From Mayamaea pseudoterrestris (Eukaryota), in contig BROI01000008.1 in the NCBI GenBank assembly GCA_027923505.1, positions 62,001 to 126,000 of the forward strand: a stretch of 64,000 bases of DNA, in the 5' to 3' direction. A program made the position numbers and the translations under genes. Of this stretch, positions 34,921-45,200 are shown in pieces. Each line of letters starts with the position of its first letter. Within the stretch, counting starts at the first letter, position 1. The notes beneath the pieces are model-generated. The model did not search any database. It saw nothing but the letters and a program-made list of their open reading frames with translations, and was not told where the DNA came from.

Positions 34921-36291
34921 ATGCTAAACTGGAGAAGGAGCGCCGTTGTCTCTTTGATTTGTCTGCTTCTTGTAGACATGACGGATGCATCGCAACGACT
35001 CTCGGAAAGTCGATTGATTGCCTCCGCCGTCAATCATCATGATCGTCTGGAGCTGATGAAGATACAGAGGCTTGGCAATAACGATTCGAAATATTTGCCA
35101 AGAGCAGCTTCAAGAACAAATAATCAATCCGCATCTATAATGACTCAGTCACTCCATATCAGAGGCGGGTCTACCACACCCGCCACCGTCACGGTCACTC
35201 CTAGAGGAACCGTTCGACATGCCACTCCTTCGCAAAAGCTCGCCAATCTCACGGAACGAACTCTTCCAGCAGTCGCCTTGCTACTTGGATTGGCTGGAAT
35301 CGTCAAGTTTTTTGGAAAGTCGGGCTTGTCAGCTCTAGTGTTGGTGCTTTCACCAGGCATGTACCATGAAATGGTTTCCGTCGTTCTGCAACCGCCAAAC
35401 GATTTGACGCCGACAGTACTAGCGAATGCAGCCACCACAACCATGGAAAGCAACTTGATAGGAAATGTATCGGCGGTTGCGAGTGATCCCCTGCAGATGG
35501 AGGGAAGTGGACCGCCGTTGCCGGCGCCAAAAGTGCTGCCGAAACCGCTACCAACGCAACGCATCTCCAACCAATGGTGGTGGTTCCTAGCCATGAGTCT
35601 CCCAACGACTTTTTCAGGCTACTTGGAATCTCTTGTGAATCGGACGTCACTTCGACTTGGATCATATTGCATGATGATGGTTGGTTGGATGGCTTGGATT
35701 GTTTGCCTCAACAGCCACCACCAGTCGTCGCCTGCAGTCTTTTGCGATGCACTCAGGGAGATTGCCGTCTATCACTTGGCAGGCGTATTCACAATTTTCC
35801 CGGTCTACTGCTGGATGGCGACGCTTTCCGACTTTGCCACTGGACAGTCATGGATCTTGTACGGGGCCATGCTTGTCATTTTGAACGACACCTTGGCCTA
35901 CTTGTTTGGCGTTACGCTCGGCAAGCATGCGCTACTTCCAATCATTTCTCCCAAGAAAACAAGCGAAGGATGGATTGGGGCATTCGTAACGACGCTGTTA
36001 CTAAGTGTCTTGGTGTGGAAGGTTTTCTTTCCCATCAAGTATGGACAAGATTCGTTCATTGTCGCCCTCTTTTGCTCGGGCGTGGCACCTCTCGGCGGCT
36101 TTTTAGCATCGGCAATCAAGCGAGCCTATGGCAAGAAGGATTTTAGCAATCTTATTGCCGGTCATGGTGGCTTGGTGGATCGGCTCGACTGTCAGTTGAT
36201 TACGGCACCCTTTGTGTATCTGTTGTTGAACGCCATGGAACCGTCTGAAGATGTTTTTGCCAGGCACCATGCAGCGATGCTTACTTTATAA
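34921..36291 (+). CDS. cdsA: Phosphatidate cytidylyltransferase (CDP-diacylglycerol synthase), 456 aa
   Basis: CTP_transf_1 motifs NDTLAYLFG, ISPKKTSEG, SAIKRAYGKKDFSNLIAGHGGLVDRLD; multiple TM helices; N-terminal signal-like extension. Confidence 0.92.
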   Translation: MLNWRRSAVVSLICLLLVDMTDASQRLSESRLIASAVNHHDRLELMKIQRLGNNDSKYLPRAASRTNNQSASIMTQSLHIRGGSTTPATVTVTPRGTVRHATPSQKLANLTERTLPAVALLLGLAGIVKFFGKSGLSALVLVLSPGMYHEMVSVVLQPPNDLTPTVLANAATTTMESNLIGNVSAVASDPLQMEGSGPPLPAPKVLPKPLPTQRISNQWWWFLAMSLPTTFSGYLESLVNRTSLRLGSYCMMMVGWMAWIVCLNSHHQSSPAVFCDALREIAVYHLAGVFTIFPVYCWMATLSDFATGQSWILYGAMLVILNDTLAYLFGVTLGKHALLPIISPKKTSEGWIGAFVTTLLLSVLVWKVFFPIKYGQDSFIVALFCSGVAPLGGFLASAIKRAYGKKDFSNLIAGHGGLVDRLDCQLITAPFVYLLLNAMEPSEDVFARHHAAMLTL

Positions 36292-36390
36292 TAAACCATA
36301 CCTTGTATTGTTACAGCAGGCTTATACATAGTGTAAGATGTTTTAAACTATAGGCAAGCAGGACAATGTCGACGAAAACCACTCGCTCTT

Positions 36391-37869
36391 TCAAATGTTA
36401 TCGCGCAACACCTTGACAACGCTCTTAAAGGCAAACCACTCTGGAATCTCGTCTCCGCCACGAAGCATCTGTCGGAACTTGGTACCCGAAAGATTCATAA
36501 TGTGATACCCCTTCTCCTTTGCCTCGTCGGCAGTCACGTAGTCAGCCTCCTCCGTGTAGACCAAGTTCAAACTGGGCACTGGCTTGACACCGAGGCGATC
36601 TGACATTTCCTTCGCCAAATCTTGGGCGTCATATGCGCCATAATAGTCGTCTCCAGTGACGCTGCTCTTGCTGCCTGCCATGTCGCGTCCAATGATAAAA
36701 TGGGTGCATCCAAAGTTCTTGCGGATGATCATGTGCTGAATCGCCTCGCGCGGACCAGCCATGTGCATTGAGTATGGCAAGTATTCCCAAAGGACACGAG
36801 GATTGGCAGTTTCCTCCTTCAACACCTCGTACGTCTTGAAGCGAACTTCACCTGAAATGTCGTCGGCCTAAGATGATAGCCGCATTAAGTGAGGAAGCGA
36901 GACGTCAATAAACATGTCTGTAAACTTCAATTCGCAACCACAAATATATAACTTTTCTCCTACACTCACCTGCGTCGGTCCGCAAGTGGGATGCACCAAA
37001 ACAACGCCTCCCTCTCCAACCAATGGATCATCCAAGGCGCGCGTAAAGAGTTCGTAGTGCGCCCGATGCACCGGGTTGCGGCACTGGAAGGCAACAACAT
37101 CCTTGTCGGCCGGAAGCGAAGCTCGGACTTGCTGGGGTGTTTTGCATGGAAACTCGCGAATGGGCAAGTTCAAGCCAGTCACCTTGCCTCCCATGTAGTA
37201 CTTGCCGCGTTCGGTGGCAACCATGAGAGCACCGGGATGTTCAATCTCTGATGTTCCGTAGCACTTTTTGCATTCCAGAGGCTTATTTGGCAAGAACTTG
37301 TCCGTAAGTTCGACTGTTGCAATTGCCAAATCGCCCTGTTTCAGTAGAATGGTCGTTCCTGGTTGAAGAGTCTCGTCGTCCGTGTCGAAAACGACGGGTA
37401 ATCCAAAGATTGTTCCGTCGGGAAGCTCCATGTTTTCCACCACATGCTTGTAAGTCGTCTCGTCCATGAATCCCGTCAGTGGACTGAAACCTCCATTCAT
37501 AATGAGTTCAACATCGCAGAGTTGACGGGACGATGCTTCGAGTGTGACAGTCGCCTTGGCAATGGCGGCTTCCTTGTCGGCATCTGACGTGAGCACCAAG
37601 TCCACCAATGTTCCTCCATGGGGAACTTGCTTGACCATGTGAACTTCACTGCGATGAACGAGATGGTTGGAAATGACACGTTAGACCCGCTATTGATCGC
37701 GACGAAACAGTGCAGCGTGACGAGAAGAAGAGACGTACGTGGTCGAAAAGAGGCGAGTCGATCCAACTCCTGCACTGGCACTGGATGAAGAAACGCGAGA
37801 GGAGAATGGGGCAACGGAAAAGGCCGTCACCGAGGCGAGCAGAGCCAAGGACGAAAGGACGACTCTCAT
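36391..37869 (-). CDS. sat: Plastid-targeted ATP sulfurylase (sulfate adenylyltransferase), about 428 aa; exons 37869-37739, 37648-36970, 36867-36391
   Basis: PHGGTLVDL, GGFSPLTGFM, VAFQCRNPVHRAH, MHMAGPREA, RKNFGCTHFIIGRDMAG, LSGTKFRQML. Bipartite presequence MRVVLSSLALLASVTA-FSV. The exons sum to 1287 nt. Confidence 0.96.
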
Positions 37870-38212
37870 GGTGTACACAGTCGTCAATAATGCAGTTGAA
37901 AGAATGTGGATCCGATCGAATGATGCACCACGAAATGGAGGGAGGTCATGGAACGACGAGGCGAGGTCGAATTTGGATGCGTGCGTGTTCTCTTATGTAG
38001 CGCTACGACATGCACTAGGAAACGGACCGTGAGCAGACGAGCTCGTGCGATTCGTGCGGGTTAACCATACTTAAGGATACATGTGTACCGTTCCGACATC
38101 AATGGAACGGTTGAACCGACGTCCATGCGACGTTTCACCATGATGGCCAACGCCTTACGCATTGCGAGCGACCCAAGTAACTACATGGACACTACATAGC
38201 GACGGCAGCAGA

Positions 38213-39583
38213 ATGAGGAGACCCTTTAATTGCGCGAGACAAAATACTGAAGCAAGAAGATGCGGACCTGGAAAGCTCTTGACATTTTGCGTAGTCTTTG
38301 CATTCTTTGTTGAAATGTTCATTTCCTTCACGCAACCACTCCCAACCATCAAGGTTGACTTCCAAAAAGGGCCTTCCATTCAATTTCGAGGATTGAGTGA
38401 CAACTATGAAACGTATATGACCGTTGCCGTCCATCCTCGAGTCGTGCAGTTACAGGAACAATCGTCCGATGAGATTGTGATACACGACATCAACCAAACG
38501 AGACCTACTTCAATATACCTTTCCGTTACTCCAATATCAACAAGCGACTGTCCATATTGCAATCAAGAAATGAACAGTCATATTTTTCCGTTCGAGCGAC
38601 CTTACTACGATGGATGCACCTTCATGGCCGATTGGCAAGCAACCTTCCACGAAACCTGCAATAACCTTCACGAGTTTGATCTAGCATCGGAACAGATACA
38701 TCTGCTATCTACGCAAGGAAGTTGGAGAACTGTTTGGAAGACAGACATGCCGCAAGACAAGTCGGCGATTTTGAAGCTACTCAAGATGGATCGACGCAAC
38801 TTTACGCACGAAGCCTACGCCTACCATCGAAATGATGCCAACGTCATGTCGCAATTGACAGCGAGTCCCTATGTTGTTAACGCATATTCCTTTTGCGGGC
38901 AAAGCGTATTGACAGAGTATGCTTCCAGTGGTGCGCGCAACTTTGTCAAAGACCGAAGGTTTTCCTCCATGGAGAGACTGGAAATGGGTCGCGACTTGGC
39001 GAGGGCTTTGTCGGCGCTGCATTCCATTGACTACTCGCATGCCAAGAATGCTACTTTGGCGCACAATGATATTAACATGGCAAATGCTGTACAAGTGGAG
39101 GGTCAGTTGAAACTGAACGACTTTAACATTGCTGTCATAATGAAATGGAACAAGACCAAGCCATGTGACTCACCCGTTCGCTTCGAGGCACCACTTTGGA
39201 AGTCGCCCGAGGAAGTTCGCAACGTTTCTTACATTGACGCTTCATTAGCCGATGTGTACGGGCTTGGCAATCTACTCTTTCAAGTCATGTCCAAACACCA
39301 GCCATGGACACACCTGGAGCCGGGGGGTCAGCTCGATAAAGAACAAGTCGTTGATCGCAAGCTGAATGGTCTGGTACCCTTTGTTCCAGACAAGCACAAG
39401 TACAGCAACAAGACGGCCATTCAAGCATTATATTTTGGAACCATGGCGTGTTTCCGACATGATCCAAACAAGCGACTGACCTCGTACGAGCTGTCGCGCG
39501 CGTTTGACTTGGTGTTGAAGGCAATTCATCGAAAGCTAAAGGTGCCACGCGAGACTGTCCAGAGTGTAAGTGATTGTGACTAA
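38213..39583 (+). CDS. Membrane-anchored protein-kinase-like protein, about 456 aa
   Basis: N-terminal TM (LLTFCVVFAFFVEMFISF), QGSWRTVW, AILKLLK, HNDINMAN, KLNDFN, WKSPEE, DVYGLG, DPNKR. First ATG at 38213. Confidence 0.85.
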   Translation: MRRPFNCARQNTEARRCGPGKLLTFCVVFAFFVEMFISFTQPLPTIKVDFQKGPSIQFRGLSDNYETYMTVAVHPRVVQLQEQSSDEIVIHDINQTRPTSIYLSVTPISTSDCPYCNQEMNSHIFPFERPYYDGCTFMADWQATFHETCNNLHEFDLASEQIHLLSTQGSWRTVWKTDMPQDKSAILKLLKMDRRNFTHEAYAYHRNDANVMSQLTASPYVVNAYSFCGQSVLTEYASSGARNFVKDRRFSSMERLEMGRDLARALSALHSIDYSHAKNATLAHNDINMANAVQVEGQLKLNDFNIAVIMKWNKTKPCDSPVRFEAPLWKSPEEVRNVSYIDASLADVYGLGNLLFQVMSKHQPWTHLEPGGQLDKEQVVDRKLNGLVPFVPDKHKYSNKTAIQALYFGTMACFRHDPNKRLTSYELSRAFDLVLKAIHRKLKVPRETVQSVSDCD

Positions 39584-39763
39584 TCTGAGCGGATATTGAG
39601 CAACTACTTTGGCTTTCGTATAGTAAGGCTCATCTCATATCTTGTCTTCTGCTATTTCAGTTTTTCGAAAAGAGCTTTTGGAACGATGCAACCAACGTGC
39701 GACGGACTGATAAGGCGCGATAATATTAAAATAGCTAAAATACACGTTTTTATAACTTAACTA

Positions 39764-40699
39764 TCACCGTTGTTGATTTAGTGGACCCCGCATAGGCTGG
39801 GCATTGCTTCCAGATGCGTCTCGCTTAGACGTACTCTTGCCGCTTGAAAGTCGTTGACCATTGCTACTGCTGTTTCGTTGTATTGTCGCTTCGGATTGCT
39901 GCAGTAAATTCTTTTCTCGCTCAGCCAGTGCCTTAATCAGCTTACGCATCTTGACTCGCTCTCGTTCCACGGCATGATCGGCCTGCATGGTTTGCTCCTC
40001 GAGCTGACGTTGAAACTCCTTGGTCAATCGACTCGTCGTTTCCATGACGGCCATTTGTTTCTCCTGCTCGGCCGCAATGCGCGCATTCTCAACAGCTTCC
40101 TGCATACGCTGCTCCATGGCTGCTTGAAGATGCTGTAAATTTTTCGTCGCTGTGGCATCCCATTCGGCTCGAAGTGTTTCAATTTCTTGGGCATGCTGCT
40201 GCTCGTTGACTTGCTGTTTGCCACTCTTCTTCGCCTCCAGCTGTTTGATCTTGGCCTGCAGCGCCTCTACTTTTCGATGCTCCGTTTCCAATGCCTTCTC
40301 TAGCTTGTTTCGAAGATTGGCTGCGGATTGCAGCTCTTTTTCTAATGCAGTGATTCGAGCGTGATAAAGTTTGATTTGAGCCGTTGTGAGAGGCGTCGTC
40401 GTCTTCTTCTTGTTTTGAAGTTCCTGATAATGCTTCTTCACCTGCAGCAGCTCCAGCCGCGTTTGTCGTAATTGACGCTCCAATAAATCTCGTTGTTCCT
40501 CTAGTAGTCGTCGATACTGCGTCGCTGACGATGTCCAAAAGGCGTGAAAGTAATGTGACAGTCGCGGTCGAGGAATGCTCAGCGAGTGTTGCAGTCGAGA
40601 CTGAAGGCCTGAAGGAAATCCAAAGGATCTAGACGATGCGATTGGAATCACAAGAAATACTAGCAGTAGAAAGTGTTGGATAAAGCGTAATGATATCAT
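39764..40699 (-). CDS. Signal-peptide coiled-coil protein, about 311 aa, unknown function
   Basis: Signal MISLRFIQHFLLLVFLVIPIASS followed by a long E/Q/K/R/L heptad-rich region. Confidence 0.75.
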   Translation of the reverse strand: MISLRFIQHFLLLVFLVIPIASSRSFGFPSGLQSRLQHSLSIPRPRLSHYFHAFWTSSATQYRRLLEEQRDLLERQLRQTRLELLQVKKHYQELQNKKKTTTPLTTAQIKLYHARITALEKELQSAANLRNKLEKALETEHRKVEALQAKIKQLEAKKSGKQQVNEQQHAQEIETLRAEWDATATKNLQHLQAAMEQRMQEAVENARIAAEQEKQMAVMETTSRLTKEFQRQLEEQTMQADHAVERERVKMRKLIKALAEREKNLLQQSEATIQRNSSSNGQRLSSGKSTSKRDASGSNAQPMRGPLNQQR

Positions 40700-40988
40700 G
40701 ATGGCTAGTCGTGTGACGGGAGTGATGAGCAAGGTGTGGTGGTTTGGACGTTTCTCTCGCCGCGGTTCGGCGCGGCAGCGTGGAAAAACCAATGCGACGA
40801 GATAGCTATCATGAGTATGCCAGGGAAGTGCTGTAAGGTAAACTGTAAGTGACTGGTGTACATCCAATGGAACATATTCACAAGCGCCAGGCTCTGATCA
40901 GGCTCTGACCACACTCTGGCCAATGCTCCAGAGAATGTGTAGAAGTTCATGAACCATAGAATGATGTGCCCAGCCATTGTTCCATAAT

Positions 40989-41373
40989 GGCATCTGCTGG
41001 CGGAGACTGGTGAGAACTTCTCACCAATCACATTGCAGTCTACCAAGGGACCAGCCAGGCAATCCATCTTGTAGCGCACCTGGAATAAGGATGTTAGCTC
41101 CGTTCTGGCTTGATTTGGCCATACACATGGCTCAAGGTACGGGCATTAGAAAATTACACCATCTGCTGGCTGAGACTGGTGAGAACTTCTCACCAGTCAC
41201 ATTGCAGTCAACTGAGACACCCGCCAGACATGCCATCTTGTGACGCAGACTGAATAATGATGTCGGCACCATTCTGGTGTGATGTGGGCATACACATGGC
41301 TCAAGGTATGGGCTTGGCTGAGTTTGGTGACAAGTTGTCACCAATCACATTGCAGTCCACAGAGACACTAGCC
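40989..41373 (-). repeat. About 2.3 diverged copies of 169-bp satellite B in inverted orientation
   Basis: CATCTGCTGG..GAGACTGGTGA at 40991 and 41160 (period 169) match the reverse complement of the 60-64 kb unit, including CCATCTTGTAGCGCA and GGCACCATTCTGGTGT. Confidence 0.88.
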
Positions 41374-42201
41374 TGTCAACTTTTCTTGATTGTCTGTATC
41401 CGAAAGACCTTCAATGTCCATCTCTGGTCCATTGGTAACCAAATGGCTGAGCTTTGTGTTGTCGAGACTGTGCTTTTCTCCTAGCGCCGTTCCCAAAGGC
41501 ATGGCTGAGCAAATGATACCCAGCTGCTCGTTTCCAGGGTGCGTTTCATTAGCTCCCGAGGCTCCAGCACCCAAGAATGCTTGCGTAAGGATTAGAGTGT
41601 CAAAATGCCACCAATGTTCTGTCGTTAAAAGCTTGAGGCGAGTAGGGGTCCCAAGCAACAAGTGTTTTCCATCAACCGTGAGGCCATCCTCCTTGGTCAT
41701 CTCCTTGTTCAGGGTGTAAACATCCTCCTTTGTCAGGACTACATGTCCTTCCATCCAACCATCAATCTGCATAGCCATGGCTGCAGCTCTCTCCTCTTTC
41801 TTGGGCATCTCCTCCTCAAGCCACATAGTTGAGGCTTTACTTTAATTGGCAACGGAAGGCAGGCAAAGCGCCCCCAAACTCTTTGAGAGCTCCAGGGAAA
41901 CGGACTAGCATCATGACCAAGGGAAACAGGTGAAAAGGGAGGCAAAGAAACGAGGTTTAAGCAACAAGGAAAGAACAAAACAACAGAGAGCTTGCTAGAC
42001 AACAAGGTTGGCAAGCTAACCAAGGAATGGGAGGCAATCCGATTAACATTGGCATGTGGTTTGCCCGTTGTTGGTAGCAGTTTCCATTGCTTCTCTCCCG
42101 CACTACTGATGACGTGACTATCAATCACAAGGAACTCATACGGTATCTTATGAGTGTCCCCAAGGCAGTCTCCTTGAAGCATCCACCCTGACCCGGAGTA
42201 T
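41374..42201 (-). other. CpG-poor unique segment with a 152-codon ORF remnant; possible transposon relic
   Basis: ORF 41368-41826 has protein-like composition but no recognised domain. It is sandwiched between the two satellite families. Confidence 0.3.
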
Positions 42202-45200
42202 GGGTGTGCCATTGACATGAGGATGGTCTCACATGGTGCAAAACTGCTCGGAGGCCTACACCATGGAAAGGTCTGCAGGCTGGGTGTGGCCAACAACCCC
42301 AAATTATGGAATCATACCACTACAATGCCCCATGCCCTGGCCACCCAACAACCCAATGAGTCAGGCAAAACATGTCCAGGGTGTGCCATTGACATGAGGA
42401 AGGTCCGAAATGGTGCAAAACGGACTGCCTGGAAGCCTACAACACCATGGAATGGTCTGCAGGCTAGGTGTGACCAACACCCCAAATTATGGAATCATAC
42501 CACTACAATGCCCCATGCCCTAGCCACCCAACAACCCAATGAGTCAGGCAAATCATGTCCAGGGTGTGCCATTGCATGAGGATGGTCTGAACTGGTGCAA
42601 ACCGGACTGCCTGGAAGCCTACAACACCATGGGATGGTCTGCAGGCTGGTTGTGGCCAACGCCCTAATTTATGGAATCATACCACTACAATGCCCCGTGC
42701 CCTAGCCACCCAACATGCAAAATGGACTGCCTGGAGGCCTACACCATGGAATGGTCTGCAGGCTGGGTGTGGCCAACACCCCAAATTATAAAATCATACC
42801 ACTACAATGCCCCATGCCCTGGCCACCCAAATACCCAATGAGTCAGGCAAAACATGTTCAGAATGTGCCAATGGCATGTGGATGGTCCAAAATGGTGCAA
42901 ACCGGACTGCCTGGAAGCCTACAACACCATGGGATGGTCTGCAGGCTGGGTGAGCCAACACCCCAAATTATGGAATCATACCACTACAATGCCCCGTGCC
43001 CTGGCCACCCAACTACCCAATGCGTCAGGCAAATCATGTCCAGGATGTGCCATTGACATGAGGATGGTCTGATATGGTGCATAACGGACTGCCTGGAAGC
43101 CTACAACACCATGGAATGGTCTGCAGGCTGGATGTGGCCAACACCCAAATTATGGAATCATACCACTACAATGCCCCGCGCCCTAGCCATCCAATAACCC
43201 AATGAGTCAGGCAAAACATGACCAGGGTGTGTAATTGACATGAGGATGGTCTGAACTGGTGCAAAACGGACTGCCTGGAAGCCTAGAACACCATGGGATG
43301 GTCTGCAGGCTGGGTGTGGCCAACACCCCAAATTATGGAATCATACCACTACAATGCCCCGTGCCCTAGCCACCCAACAACCCAATGAGTCAGGCAAATC
43401 ATGTCCAGGGTGTGCCATTGACATGAGGATGGTCTGAAATGGTGCAAAATGGACTGCCTGGAGGCCTACACCATGGAATGGTCTGCAGGCTGGGTGTGGC
43501 CAACACCCCAAATTATGGAATCATACCACTACAATGCCCCATGCCCTGGCCACCCAAAAACCCAATGAGTCAGGCAAAACATGTCCAGGGTGTGCCAATG
43601 GCATGTGGATGGTCCAAAATAGTGCAAAACGGACTGCCTGGAAGCCTACAACACCATGGAATGGTCTGCAGGCTGGGTGAGCCAACGCCCCAAATTATGG
43701 AATCATACCACTACAATGCCCCGTGCCCTAGCCACCCAACAACCCAATGAGTCATGCAAAACATGTCCAGGGTGTGCCATTGACATGAGGATGGTCTGAA
43801 ATGGTGCAAAACGGACTGCCTGGAGGCCTACACCATGGAATGGTCTGCAAGATGGGTGTGGCCAACACATTAAATTATGGAATCATACCACTACAATGCC
43901 TAATGCCCTGGCCACACAACAACCCAATGAGTCAGGCCAAACATGTCCAGGGTGTGCCATTGACATGAGGATGGTCTGACATGGTGCAAAACGGACTGCC
44001 TGGAGGCCTACAGCATGGAATGGTCTGCAAGATGGGTGTGGCCAACACCCCAAATTATGGAATCATACCACTACAATGCCCCATGCCCTGGCCACCCAAC
44101 AACCCAATGAGTCAGGCAAAACATGTCCAGGGTGTGCCATTGACATGAGGATGGTCTGAAATGGTGCAAAACGGACTGCCTGGAGGCCTACACCATCTGC
44201 AAAATGGGTGTGGCCAACACCCCAAATTATGGAATCATACCACTACAATGCCCCATGCCCTGGCCACCCAACAACCCAATGAGTCAGGCAAAACATGTCC
44301 AGGGTGTGCCATTGACATGAGGATGGTCTGAAATGGTGCAAAACGGACTGCCTGGAGGCCTACACCATCTGCAAGATGGGTGTGGCCAACACCCCAAATT
44401 ATGGAATCATACCACTACAATGCCCCATGCCCTGGTCACCCAACAACCCAATGAGTCATGCAAAACATGTCCAGGGTGTGCCATTGACATGAGGCTGGTC
44501 TGACATGGTGCAAAACGGACTGCCTGGAGGTCTACAGCATGGAATGGTCTGCAAGATGGGTGTGGCCAACACCCCAAATTATGGAATCATACCACTACAA
44601 TGCCCCATGCCCTGGCCACCCAACAACCCAATGAGTCAGGCAAAACATGTCCAGGGTGTGCCATTGACATGAGGATGGGCTGAAATGGTGCAAAACGGAC
44701 TGCCTGGAGGCCTACACCATCTGCAAAATGGGTGTGGCCAACACCCCAAATTATGGAATCATACCACTACAATGCCCCGTCCCCTGGTCACCCAACAACC
44801 CAATGAGTCATGCAAAACATGTCCAGGGTGTGCCATTGACATGAGGATGGTCTGACATGGTGCAAACGGACTGCCTGGAGGCCTACATCATGGAATGGTC
44901 TACAAAATGGGTGTGGCCAACACCCCAAATTATGGAATCATACCACTACAATGCCCCATGCCCTGGCCACCCAACAGCCCAATGAGTCAGGCAAAACATG
45001 TCCAGGGTGTGCCATTGACATGAGGATGGTCTGACATGGTGCAAAACGGACTGCCTGGAGGCCTACAGCATGGAATGGTCTGCAAGATGGGTGTGTGCCA
45101 ACACCCCAAATTATGGAATCGAACCACTACAATGCCCCATGCCCTGGCCACCCAACAACCCAATGAGTCAGGCACAACATGTCCAGGGTGTGCCATTGAC

